The notes below the pieces were generated by a model. That model was not told the origin of the DNA. It searched no databases and worked only from the letters and a program-made list of their open reading frames with translations. DNA of 64,000 nt. Source: Octopus sinensis (Eukaryota). How positions within the stretch are numbered: the stretch's first letter is position 1; each line of letters opens with the position of its first letter. Of the stretch, positions 11,884-24,254 are shown in pieces. Both the position numbers and the translations under genes were made by a program. The DNA lies in assembly GCF_006345805.1 (NCBI RefSeq), contig NC_043006.1, positions 72,974,001 through 73,038,000 on the forward strand, given 5' to 3'.

Positions 11884-12365
11884 AGAAGTAAGTATTGTGA
11901 CTGTTACTGTTCTCCTTTGTCTGGTTTTGTTAAAGTGTCATTTGTAATATTCGTTATATCACCAATGCATATATTCAATACATAGCAGAAAATAATAAAA
12001 AAAGAACATTTTTTCCTACCTTGACTTAATTAAATAGCAGAGACAAGTGTTAATAGCATTGACAGAGAAAAGACAGAACTGAATGGCTATTCATTCAGGC
12101 AGACTAATGTAGTGTTGCTTGCATGATAAAGTTTTGTTATGGCAACTTGGAGATTATACAAACCTTTGAGATAAATTATATATAAGAGTGTGTATGTGTG
12201 TAAATATATATAGATAAGTGTGAGTGTGTGTGCATGTGTACATGTATACAAGCATTTATATATACATTTATGTATTTATGCATGCACAAATAGACACACA
12301 TACACACACGTGTGTGTGTGTGTATAAAAGTATATAAAAAAAAAAACACATTATTTGTAGGATGA

Positions 12366-12410
<45 letters not shown>

Positions 12411-12414
<4 letters not shown>

Positions 12415-13288
12415 CATCCTAGAAATGTGTTTTTTTTTTATATACTTTTATTTTTCAAAATTAAGATAAACAAAGTTCTTTTTTAATCTTTCCTTCATTT
12501 TCTACAATGCTCTTCCATCTATCTGGTAGGGTTACCCATAATGAAAAATACTCCTCCAGAACTGTTCTGACTTTGTCTTTAGAATTCATATTTTATCCAT
12601 CCAAATGATCTTGAAGACTGTAGAATAAATGATAATCAGATAGAGTAATGTCTGGCGAATATGGTGGGTGGGGTATAATTTCCCATTTAAACTGCTCCAG
12701 CCTTTGGAATGTCATCCTCACTATATGTGACTGAGCATTATCTTGATAGAACACCTTTCATCTTAAAACCAAGGATGGTCATTTTTCTTCTAGTGCTTGT
12801 GTCGATGAATGGTTGAATGACCAAATCCAAGCTTCTCTGCTAGTTCCTCAACAGTTACAATGGGATTTTTTCCCACCACAATTTGCAGAATGTCCTTTTT
12901 GAGCTCTACAGATCTTTCAGGATGAGGCTTGTCTTCTAGGCTGTAGTTTCCTGCTCAAAATTTCTGAAACCACCATTGTCACTGGCTTACACTTATTGTC
13001 CAATGCCCATATACCACATTAACATTCCTCACACTTTCCATTGCATTGTTGCTTTTATTGAATTCATAAAGCAAAATATGCCAAATATGCTTCTTTGTCA
13101 CTTCTATTATAGCTTTGAAAAAAATAACTGTTAAATCGAACTGCACTCTTCAAAACTTGCACTAAGAATAAGGACAAGGTAAAATTATTAACTGCTTTTA
13201 TAGTAAGTTGATGCAGGCAGTTTATCCTATCCCCCTCTGACTTTTAGTTCATGCACTTGAAAAAACCCGTATTATTTGTGGGATGACC
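12411..13288 (-). mobile_element. Internally deleted mariner transposon remnant
   Basis: TIRs GGGTCATCC / GGATGACC-TA; minus strand reads HIWHILLYEFNK, WFQKF..GNYSLED and YSPDITLSDYHLF..LQDHLDG (YSPDLAPSDY-type motif). Confidence 0.85.
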
Positions 13289-13936
13289 TAATAAATATAT
13301 ATATATAGGTGTGGCTGTGTGGGAAGAAGCTTACTTCCCAACCACATTGTTCTGGGTTCAGTCCCACTGTGTGGCACTTTGGGCAAGTGTCTTCTGTTAT
13401 AGCCTCGGGCTGACCATAGTTGGAAGAATCGTTAGCACATTGGATAAAATGGTCCGTGATATTTCTTCTGTCTCCTCACATTCTGAGTTCAAATTCTGCC
13501 ATCGTCAGCTTTGCCTTCGTCCCTTCAGGGGCAATGTATATACTGTACTAGTCAAGTACTGGCGTCTATGTAACTAACTTAACAATGACTTGTCTGAAAA
13601 CAGCCTACAGAGTACAATGGCAAATATGTATGCATGTAAATACGGAAATCACCGTGCATTTCAAAAAAGGCTATTGAGTAATAGGAAAAACTGTCGTAAG
13701 TTCAAGTGGTTTGCTTTGAACAGCTTTAACTATGGAATGAAATTGGAAACATAATCAAAACTTTTAACCTAAGGAAACAATGTTATGAAGATCTGGAAGT
13801 TTCTGTAAGAAAATAAAGAACAAGAAAATTTGTAAAACCTAATAGTGTGCTTAGTTAATGATAATGCTTTCATTTATATCAAATACAACAGCATGCAGTA
13901 ATGTGGAATTTAATTTGGTATTTTTTTTCTTTTAAA

Positions 13937-14149
13937 CCCTTTAGCATTCAGTCTACTCTGTCAAATGTAATGCTTATTTATTCACATTGTTTTGAATTAG
14001 TCATTCATTATTTTGTAGCTTTGAGATTTCAATGATGCGACTGTTTTATTTTAGGAGGACATTGGTGGGTTGGTGTAAGATGCTGGAGTTTGAACCTAAA
14101 ACAGGTAGAGTATTTGGGCCAGATATGGCCGGTTTAAATGCTAAAGGGG
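13937..14149. mobile_element. TTAA-type (piggyBac-like) MITE, family P1
   Basis: CCCTTTAGCATT...AATGCTAAAGGG-TTAA; further copies at 42669-42885, 44594-44795, 47731-47935, 50179-50398. Confidence 0.8.
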
Positions 14150-14270
14150 TTAAGTTTACTTCAGTATCACATGTTTCCAGGTGTAGTCCCACTGCAAGGC
14201 ACCTTGGGCAAATGTCTTCTACTATAACAAAGCATTGTGAGTGGATTTGGTAGAGAGAAACTGAAAGAAA

Positions 14271-14501
14271 GGTGGCGAGTTGGCAGAAACGTTAGCACGC
14301 TGGGCGAAATGCTTAGCAGTATTTCGTCTGCCATTGCATTCTGAGTTCAAATTCTGCCGAGGTCGACTTTGCCTTTCATCCTTTCGGGGTCGATAAATTA
14401 AGTACTAGTTACGCATTGGAGTCGAAGTAATCGACTTAATCCCTTTGTCTGTCCTTGTTTGTCCCCTCTATGTTTAGCCCCTTGTGGGCAATAAAGAAAT
14501 A
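14271..14501 (+). mobile_element. SINE-B inserted into SINE-A
   Basis: Full SINE-B; flanks AGAAACTGAAAGAAA (14256-14270) and AGAAACTGAAAAAAA (14502-14516). Confidence 0.9.
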
Positions 14502-14521
14502 AGAAACTGAAAAAAACCTGT

Positions 14522-14552
<31 letters not shown>

Positions 14553-14555
14553 ATA

Positions 14556-14596
<41 letters not shown>

Positions 14597-15224
14597 ATAT
14601 GTATGTGTGTGTGTGTGTGTGTGTGTGTACATGCGCACGTGTGAGTGCATGCATATGCATGTGAGTAAGCAGTATGTTGAAAGTACGTGATCTGACAGTT
14701 CTGATGCTCATAGCAGATGATTCTTAGCTGCCAATGATATAAATATGTGTGCTTTTATGCACTATGCATCCATATCAGAGGTCTCTCAAGGCAAATACCA
14801 CAGTATTTCTCGTTCTAAAAAAACATCCACTTTAAGTTAGATTTAAAGATTGTCTTTTGGTATTAATACATCTTCTGTTGCTAACAATTATTTTTCAATA
14901 ACTCTGTTGGCTATTTGTGACATCAGTGCTTGAAAAGTCACTGGAATTCTAAATATCATTGGCAATAAGATTTGGCTGGTTGTGGCAAGCAAGGTGCCTG
15001 TCACTGAAGAAACAGGTTATGTTGAAATCATGTGATCTGTCATTTCTGGCACCCATAACATTGGATTTTCATTTGCTAATTATGTATATATATATGTATG
15101 TGTGTGTGTGCTTTCATGCACCATGCATCTATATGGGAGGTTTTCTCAGGGTGAGTGCTACAGTATTTGGCATCCTAACAAAACATTCACATTATGTTGG
15201 ATATAAAGATTGCCTTCAATATAT

Positions 15225-15710
15225 CATCATCATCGTTTAACGTCCGCTTTCCATGCTAGCATGGGTTGGACGATTTGACTGAGGACTGGCGAACCAGATG
15301 GCTGCACCAGACTCCAATCTGGTCTGGTCTGGTAGAGTTTCTACAGCTGGATGCCCTTCCTAACACCAACCACTCCGAGAGTGTAGTGGGTGCTTTTACG
15401 TGCCACCGGCACGAAGGCCAGTCAGGTGGTACTGACAACAGCCACGCTCGAATGGTGTTTTTTATGTACCACCTGCACAGGAGCCAGTCCACTGGCACTG
15501 GCAACGACCTCGCTTGAATGTTTTGTTCACATGCCACCGGCACAAGTGCCAGTAAGGTGACGCTGGTAACGATCATGCTCAAATGGTGCTTTTTATGTGC
15601 CACCGGCATGGAAGCCAGTCAGCTGCTCTGGCAACAGTCATGCTCGGATGGTGCTCTTAGCACTCCACTAGCACAGATGCCGATCATCGAATTTGATTTC
15701 GATTTCATAT
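15225..15710 (-). mobile_element. RTE 3'-tail repeat (family C) with ~65-bp tandem units
   Basis: (CAT)n-CGTTTAACGTCCGCTTTCCATGCTAGCATGGG start, followed by GTGCCACCGGCAC-containing units. Confidence 0.88.
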
Positions 15711-16866
15711 ATATCTCTTATTATAAAAGGCAGATTATACAAATCGGGAGTTATACAAATCTACAATATAGGATTTCTTCAATTACAATTTACCTAGCAT
15801 TTTTAAGAGTACAATGCATCGTGTCATGCCAGGTCCAGTTTTTAAAATTTAAACTCCAATTAAGCAAAATTTACAGAAAACTCACATTCTGGTGTGTGTG
15901 TCAAATGCTTTTCTTAGTCTGGTTTACACCACACGCAAACGCACACACACAGTGTGCGACGAATAAAATGAAAGTAAATAGCGACAGAGTGATTTGAGGA
16001 AGACTAAACTGAAAGTATTTAAACAACTACTTAAAAAATAAAAAAACACAGCAAACAGAAACAAATAAATACATAACCATTTAGTCCTCACACAATTTCT
16101 TCAATTAGAATTTACCTAAGATTTTTCAGAGTACTTCAGTGGGTGATGCCATAAAAAATTTCTTTCAATTTTACTACCAATTAAGACAAAATTCGAGAAA
16201 ACTCAATATTTTAACATATCACTCCGAAAGCATTGATGTACATGTGTGCGTGCGTGAGTGTGTGTGTGTGTGTCATTCCTCGCACACATGCATACACATA
16301 CATATACAACTACATACAACTACATACAAACACGTGTGTGTTTGTTATTAGTAAAAAAGGCGCCAAAACTCAACTCACTTATCATTCCAACACATTTGCA
16401 AAGACACACGAACGGACAGAAAAGGTAAATTGGTTTTTATTTTACTCTGTATATATTTTATTATATAATATTATATATAGATATATGTATATATAATTGC
16501 AGTATGAAACAGTGTTTATGTATAAACAGACGACACTTATATATAGTTACCAAGCCGCCCGAATTTACCTATTCATATTTAAATGAGAATATCAGAGCAA
16601 ATCTCTTTAGTACATTCGTGAAAACATGTATTATACTTCGTAAACACTTCAACTACAGTTTTGTACAGAAATCGAAGTGTAATTTTAATTCCGTGAATTA
16701 TGGGAGATTTTTTTCCGAAATTTGTTCCTATTGTGTTTTCAAAATTTGTAATTCTGACAAAAAATGGATACGAATTTCATTATATCAAGCAGCGAGTCAG
16801 AATTCGAAGGATTTTCTACTGAAGACCTTCATAAATCTAACTCTATGACTGAAAAAAAAAAAAGCA

Positions 16867-17265
16867 TCTTTATATAAGAGTGAAGTTCTGTGGTGTCTGT
16901 CTCCTACGATTTAGATTCCTAACTACTCCCACATTTTGCGGTGCAGTTTAACCAAAAGCGGGTATCTTATAGTCGTGATTCATATCGAGCCCTTCTGGGT
17001 ATTAGCGTGCGTCTACGATGAGTCTACGATTTAAAAAAAAATTTACCATCATATTTTTCCATTTTAATGCATTTTTTTCGCTTTTATATAAGGGAAGTAA
17101 CTCTCTAAAAATATCTACGATGTGTCAACGATTTAAAAAAAAATTTACCTTAATTTTTTTTCAATTTTTAATGCACTTTTTTGCTATTTTTTGGCTATAA
17201 CTCTCTAAAAATGCTTATATAGTTATTTCCCTTACAACCCGAGCAACGCCGGGCGATACTGCTAG
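16867..17265 (+). mobile_element. Non-autonomous Helitron-like element
   Basis: A|TC 5' end, subterminal hairpin CCCG-AGCAACGC-CGGG, 3' CTAG|T. Confidence 0.75.
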
Positions 17266-17624
17266 TATATATATAAATGGCAAAATGTCTGTGTGTGTGT
17301 CCTTTATACAAATCCAAAATTCTTCAGTTAGAGGGCTCACACTTTCTATGGTCATTCAAAACCATCTGAGGGTGGTTGTGCACATCTTTACATTTCCCCA
17401 GTCACTCCACAAAGCCATTAAAAATCAATAGAAGTGACTTTTTTGTGAATTTTCTATCCAAACCCCAATCAAAATGCCCGAAACTTGATACACCAATTGA
17501 ATGCCAGCTGGCTGTATGTGATTGGTCAGAGATTTGGACAGTACTCGTGTGTATGTGCGCATGCACGCAGCTGTATATGCATGCACTAGCAGTATGACCC
17601 GGCGTTGCTGGGTCATAGTGCTAG
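17266..17624 (+). mobile_element. Second Helitron-like element, head-to-tail with the first
   Basis: Hairpin TATGACCCGG-CGTTG-CTGGGTCATA (17593-17617), then CTAG|T at 17621-17625. Confidence 0.72.
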
Positions 17625-19525
17625 TATATATATATATGCATTTACATACAGGAGTGGCTGTGTGGCAAAAGCTTGCTTCCCAACCACATGATTCCAGGTT
17701 CAGTCTTACTGCGTGGCACCTTGGGCAAGTGTCTTCTACTATAGCTTTGTCCAACCCATACCAGCATGGAAAGTGGATGTTAAATGGTGATGATGATGAT
17801 ATATATACATATATATATATATGTATACATACATTAAATACATACATACATATATGTCAATGTTTTCTTGTCTTGACGTTGCTCGATGATTGTAAAAGAA
17901 TGTCACTGCCATACGAATGGTGCCCTTTTTTTTCTATTTATCAATTTTTCATGAAAATGTGTTTGGCCATGGAGAAATATTATCTTCCTTGAAAATAGAT
18001 GATGGTTGGTGATAACAGGAAGGGCATCTGGCCATAGAAAGTCTGTCACAACAAATTCCATTTGTCTCATGCAAGCATGAAAAAGTGGGCATTAAAACAA
18101 TGATGATGATACACGCATATATGTGTGTGCCTGTGTATGTTTGTATGTGTGTACGTATGTGTGGGTGGGTGTTTATGTGTGCATGTGTTTGTGTGTGTGT
18201 GTATTTGTGTGTGGGTGGGTGTTTGAGTTTGTGTGCATTTGCGTATGCACACAAATGAGTTTGTGTGCATTTGTGTATGCACACAAATGTGTATGTGTGT
18301 GTGTGTGTATGAGTGGGTGTTTGTGTGTGAGTGTATATAATGCATATAATTACACACATATGTAAAGAGAACATATTTCCTTTTAGAGATGTTTTGAAAT
18401 ATTGAAAACTGAACTATGTTCTGGTTTATTGTCCTAAATGACTTGTAACTCATGCAAAAATTTTTTTAGATATCAATACCATACATATATGAATGAATAT
18501 ATGTATGTATATAGATATGTGTGTGTTTGTGTACACAAACACACATAGATATATAATTGTGATGTACATGTCGCTTAGTATGGGACTTCACTATAATCAA
18601 TGTATGCGAGTTGAGTCTGTCATATGTATGGAATGTGATAAGGTATGCAAGAGCAAACCAGGTCTTGCTTATTATTCTAAAATACACAAGAACGAAGCCA
18701 TGAGATACATCTAAGCAAAATAAAACACATAAATGTGTTATATTTGATATAAAAACTGCAAGTCATTACCAAGTTTCAAGAGTCATTGCAGAAAACGTAT
18801 TCTAACAGCGATACAATATAATGAAACAAAAAAAAAGTGGGTATTTTCTAACTGTAAGTAATACTTATAATTGTCGAACAAATGGAGCTAATATCATAGA
18901 CATATGATTATATACACACACACACACACACACACATGTTTAAGGAAAATTAATCATTGAGAATAAGCCAAATGAAAGGGAGATGACAAAGCACAAATAT
19001 GGATAGATTCCCCTTCATCAGTTCTTGTCCGGAAGTCACTACAGTTTCAGTACATTGGAAACAGTATTGTTAGCTCCAGTGTGTTGTAGATTTTATAGAA
19101 AGATGCTGTAAAGAAAAGGGGCAGGAAAAACAGGATGCTAACAAAGGAATGGGACAATGCAATGTTGGACTATGCATGCACAGTGTTACAGTATCACAGA
19201 ACAAGATAACGATGTGTATACGAAGATGTACAAAAAATTCTGCTCAGCAAAAGTTTAGGATCTGTTGACTTAATGAAATGGAAAACAGTAAGTTGTGACA
19301 AGCAGAAAGTTGAACAAAGTTATAAAAGATATCAAAAAGACATGGTATAACTGGAGGAAACAAACAGGAAATAGTTATTAGGCCTTCAATAAAGAGAAAT
19401 GGGGAGAGTGATAGCAAAAACTGAAATGGCTTTATAATGGAGCTTAGATCAGAATGCACAGGAGCATACATGAGCGATAAGATGATGTGAATACAGTTCT
19501 ATATTTCAGAGATGAGGAATTATGT

Positions 19526-19796
19526 ACATTATTTACTTTTGATGGGTATATGGTGTAGTGGTTAAGAGCGCTGGCTACTAACCCCAAGATTCCGAGTTCG
19601 ATTCCAAGCAGTGACCTGAACAATAACAACAACAACAATAATAATAATAATGATAATAATATCAGAAAATACCTTAGGAATGAGAACCCAGGTTTGAAAT
19701 TTCCCCAAGACACCTGAAGAAGGCTGGAGGGTATATCAGCCGAAATGTGTTAACAACAAACAAGATGGGACAAATATCCGTCGAATGTAAATAATG
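19526..19796 (+). mobile_element. tRNA-headed element with a Penelope-type terminus and a decayed hammerhead motif
   Basis: A box TGGTGTAGTGG 19551, B box GAGTTCGATTCC 19594; ACAC-CTGAAGA-stem-GAAA..GTGT 19710-19750; 19/23 inverted repeats at the ends. Confidence 0.65.
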
Positions 19797-20125
19797 AAGA
19801 TGATGTTAAGTTTGAATGGTATTCTGAGAAAGAAGAAAGCTAGACAGAGATGGGAGAGAGAATGAAGTTGAAGAACAGGGAGAAAGAAATAGAAAATGAG
19901 AGAGAGAGAGGGGAGGGGGCAAAATAATGGAGTGAGAGAAAGAAATGGGGACAAAGAAGGGAGAAAGAGAGGTGTTTGCAAAGAGATAAAAATACATGTA
20001 GATTAATGTAAACCAAAAGTCTGTGGGTGTCACAATCAAAATAGAGGGGGAATGTGTCAAATGAATAGGATATGGAAAAACACAAACAAGGATACATCAG
20101 TTGTGTGTAGACCACAGTAATTTTG

Positions 20126-20161
<36 letters not shown>

Positions 20162-20871
20162 AATAGTTTGCCCTACCTTCGACTCCTTGATGGAGGGGTG
20201 CTGTCATATGACATACAAACATGTATTGGTCATTTTTCTGACTGAGCAGAGACCATTCCTCTCCAGGTTTGACCACTGCTGATTTCTTAAAGAAGATAGT
20301 CAGACAGACAGAAAGAGTGAGTGAAAGAAAACAAACCAGTTCCAAGCAAAGATTTTTATCTTATTTATTGACACTGAAAGGATGAAAAGCTAAATTGACC
20401 TCGACAGGATTTGAATGCTGAGCATAGAGAGCTGGAATAATAATTACAAAGCAATCTGTTATCCTTATTTCTCCTATATAGATATATATATGAAAGAAAA
20501 AAGGTGTTCAGAATGCTGGATGGTTGTAAAAATATATATTTATTTACATATCACATATTATTTCTTCATATTAGTGCTTTCAACTACTCCTGTAGTTTCA
20601 TCAGTAGTAGTTGAAAGCGCTAATATAAAGAAATAATATGCGATATGTAAATAAATATATATTTTTACAACCATCAATCATTCTGAACACTTTTTTCTTT
20701 CATATGTATTAAATCTGTACATCACCCTCAATACTTCTAACATATATATATATATTCCCTTCTTTCCTGTGCGTCCAATAATACTTTATTTGTTCCATGT
20801 CCTCGCGTTGTTGTGTTTCTTTGTTTTTTTGTGTTTTCTTATTTGGATTAACTATATATATATATATATAT

Positions 20872-22029
20872 ACTAGAAATAGAAAATCCTTGGTATGGCA
20901 GAGTTGCATACATTTGAATAAAAATTACTTTTCTGATAATCATTTAATGATCAGATGTCTACAAATTGTATCATTATGACATGAATTTTAAACATCTGAT
21001 CATTAACCCTTTTGTTACTGTATTTATTTTGAGATGCTCTGTGTTTCTTTCAATTACTTTAAATATAATAAAGAATTTAGTAAAATAACTTAGTTATCAT
21101 ACGGCCAGTGTTAGGAACATAAATTGTGACTAAGATTTGGTGGAAGATTTTAATTCAAAACTTATGGGCTGTGTGGTAAGTAGCTTGCTTACCCACCACA
21201 CGGTTCCGGGTTCAGTCCCACTGCATGGCACCTTGGGAAAGTGTCTTCTACTATAGCCTCAGGTCGACCAAAGCCTTGTGAGTGGATTTGGTAGATGGAA
21301 ACTGAAAGAAGCCTGTCGTATATATATATATGTATATATATGTGTTTGTGTGTCTATGTTTGTCTCCCTAACATCGCTTGACAACGGATGCTGGTGTGTT
21401 TACGTACCCGTAACTTAGTGGTTTGGCAAAAGAGACCGATAGAATAAATACTAGGCTTACAAAAAATAAGTTCTGGGGTCGATTTGCTCGACTAAAAGGC
21501 AGTCCTTCAGCATGGCCGCAGTCAAATGACTGAAACAAGTAAAATAGTAAAACAAGACATTTGTACTACAGAGCCAGAGCTGATTTCAGCCAGGTTGGTA
21601 ACGAAAGGGTTAAGTTGGAAAATAATTATCAGAAACATCATCATTATTCATTTTTTCAAATATATTTATATATACACACACATGTGCATGCACACATACA
21701 CATGTACACACATATTTACTAAGACCAGAAAGGAATTAAGTGAGTGTGGATGTGCTATGTCAATGGGCAATAAATATCTGTACAAATGGCTTGTTAGAAA
21801 ATCTGGATAGAAGAAGAATCAGATGTTGTGTGCAAGGGAGAAGATTGCAGAAACGAGTCTGTGATGTGCATGGAGGATGACAGCTCAAAAGGTGCTTTTT
21901 ATGTGTCTCCAGCATGGATGCCAGTTATATGACACCAGCATCTGCCATGACTATGATTTCACTTGGCTTGATAGGTCTCTTCTCAAGCACAGCATATTGC
22001 CAAAGGTTTATATATATATTATAATAAGA

Positions 22030-22064
<35 letters not shown>

Positions 22065-22546
22065 CATCATCATCATTTAACGTCTGCTTTCCATGCTAGC
22101 ATGGGTTGGATGATTTAACTAAGGACTGGCGAACCAGATGACTGCACCAGGCTCCAATCTGATCTGGCAGAGTTTCTACTGCTGGATGACCTTCCTAACA
22201 CCAACCACTCCGAGAGTGTAGTGGGTGCTTTTATGTGCCACTGGCATGAGGGCCAGTTTGGCGGTACTGGCAACGGCCACGCTCAAATGGTGCTTTTTAT
22301 GTGCCACCTGCACAGGAGTCAGTCCAGCGGCACTGGCATTGACCTCGCTCGAATGTCTTTTTTTATGTGCCACCAAGACAAGTGCTAGTAAGGCGATGTA
22401 GGTAACGATCACACTTGAATGGTGTTTTTAATGTGCCATTGGTATGAAGGCCAGCTTGTTGCTCTGGCAACAATCTCACTCGTATGGTACTCTTGGCGCT
22501 CCACTAGCAACGGATGCCAGTCACCGAGTTTGGTTTCGATTTCACT

Positions 22547-22582
<36 letters not shown>

Positions 22583-23104
22583 GAAATAGAAAAGCTTTGG
22601 TGTGGCATAGTTGCATACATTTGCATAAAAATTACTTTTCTGATAATTATTTAACGATCAGATGTCTACAAATTGTATCATTATGGCATGAATCGTAAAC
22701 ATCTAATCATTAAGGTGGAAAATAATTATCAGAAACATCATCATTATTCATTGTTTCAAATATATTTATATATACACACACATGTGCATGCACACATACA
22801 CAGGTACACACATATTTACTAAGACCAGAAAGGAATTAAGTGAGTGTGGATGTGCTATGTCAATGGGCAATAAATATCTGTACAAATGGCTTGTTAGAAA
22901 ATCTGGATAGAAGAAGAATCAGATGTTGTGTGCAAGGGAGAAGATTGCAGAAACGAGTCTGTGATACGCATGGAGGATGACAGCTCAAAAGGTGCTTTTT
23001 ATGTGTCTCCAGCATGGATGCCAGTTATATGATACCAGCATCTGCCATGACTATGATTTCACTTGGCTTGATAGGTTTCTTCTCAAGCACAGCATATTGC
23101 CAAA

Positions 23105-23135
<31 letters not shown>

Positions 23136-23620
23136 CATCATCATCATACGTCTGCTTTCCATGCCAGCATGGGTTGGACGATTTGACTGAGGACTGGCGA
23201 ACCAGATGGCTGCACCAGGCTCCAATCTGATCTGGCAGAATTTCTACAGCTGGATGCCCTTCCTAACGCCAACCACTCCGAGAGTGTAGTTGGTGCTTTT
23301 ACGTGCCACCGGCATGAGGGCCAGTCTGGCGGTACTGGCAACAGCCACGCTCAAATGGTGCTTTTTATGTGCCACCTGCACAGGAGCCAGTCCAATGGCA
23401 CTGGCAACGACCTTGCTCGAATGTTTTTTCACATGCCACCGGCACAAGTGCCAGTAAGGCAACGCAGGTAACAATCACTCTCAAATGGTGCTTTTTACGT
23501 GCCACCGGCATGGAAGCCAGTCGGCTGCTCGGGCAGTGATCCCGCTTGGATGGCGCTGTTACCACACCACTGGCACGGGTGCCAGTCATCGAATTTGGTT
23601 CAATTTTGATTTCACTTGCC
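20872..23620. repeat. Local tandem duplication (copy 1 ~20872-22550, copy 2 ~22570-23620)
   Basis: Near-identical non-repeat sequence (TAGAAATAGAAAA..TTGCATACATTTG.., AAGACCAGAAAGGAATTAAGTGAG..) in both copies, each with a family C repeat. Confidence 0.92.
21007..21609. mobile_element. TTAA-type MITE, family P2, carrying a nested SINE-A (21177-21548)
   Basis: TTAA-CCCTTTTGTTAC...GTAACGAAAGGG-TTAA; empty single TTAA site in the paralogous copy at 22710-22713. Confidence 0.9.
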
Positions 23621-24254
23621 TCAACAGGTCTTCACAAGCAGAGTTTTGTGTCTAAAGAAAAGGTACACATACATACACACATATATATATACAGGGGTGG
23701 GGTGTATGTGCAAAAGTAGGTATACATTAAGTACCACATCAATGTTATAATATTGGGTCATCCCATAAATAATGTGGGTTTTTTTAATATTTCTTTTATT
23801 AAGATAAACAAAGTTCTTTTTAAATCTAAAATATACTCTCCTTCATTTTCTACAATGCTCTTCCATCTATCTGGAAGAGATAAGGGTTAGCAACAGGAAG
23901 GGCATCTGGCTGTAAAAGTCTAATATCTCAAAACCATATTTGTGTAACCTATATTAGCATGGAAAACAAACAGAATATATATATATATATATATATGTAT
24001 AAATAGTATATTTATGTAATAATATATATGTATAAATATATGTATAAAAGAGAAAAGAGAAAGAGAAATAGTAACAACATTGCTAGAAATAATAGTCAAA
24101 AGTAATTCAATAGCCACACCATATCTCACCATAGAAAGATGCTTTTGCTTGCTCCCTTGCTTTTTGTCAATCTCATGAGGTTAGTGCTTTGTGTGGCTAT
24201 CAAGTCACTTTTGACTCTTATTTCTAGCAATGCTGGTACTATTTTTGTACCCTT

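Noticed and set aside
19030-19110. Minus-strand exon after TTTTCTTTACAG
   Set aside because: Good acceptor, but every frame stops within 20 codons and there is no good donor.
19551-19616. Functional tRNA gene
   Set aside because: A and B boxes are present, but the acceptor and anticodon stems do not pair well and there is no T-run terminator; treated as a SINE-like head. The same applies to the SINE-D and SINE-F heads.
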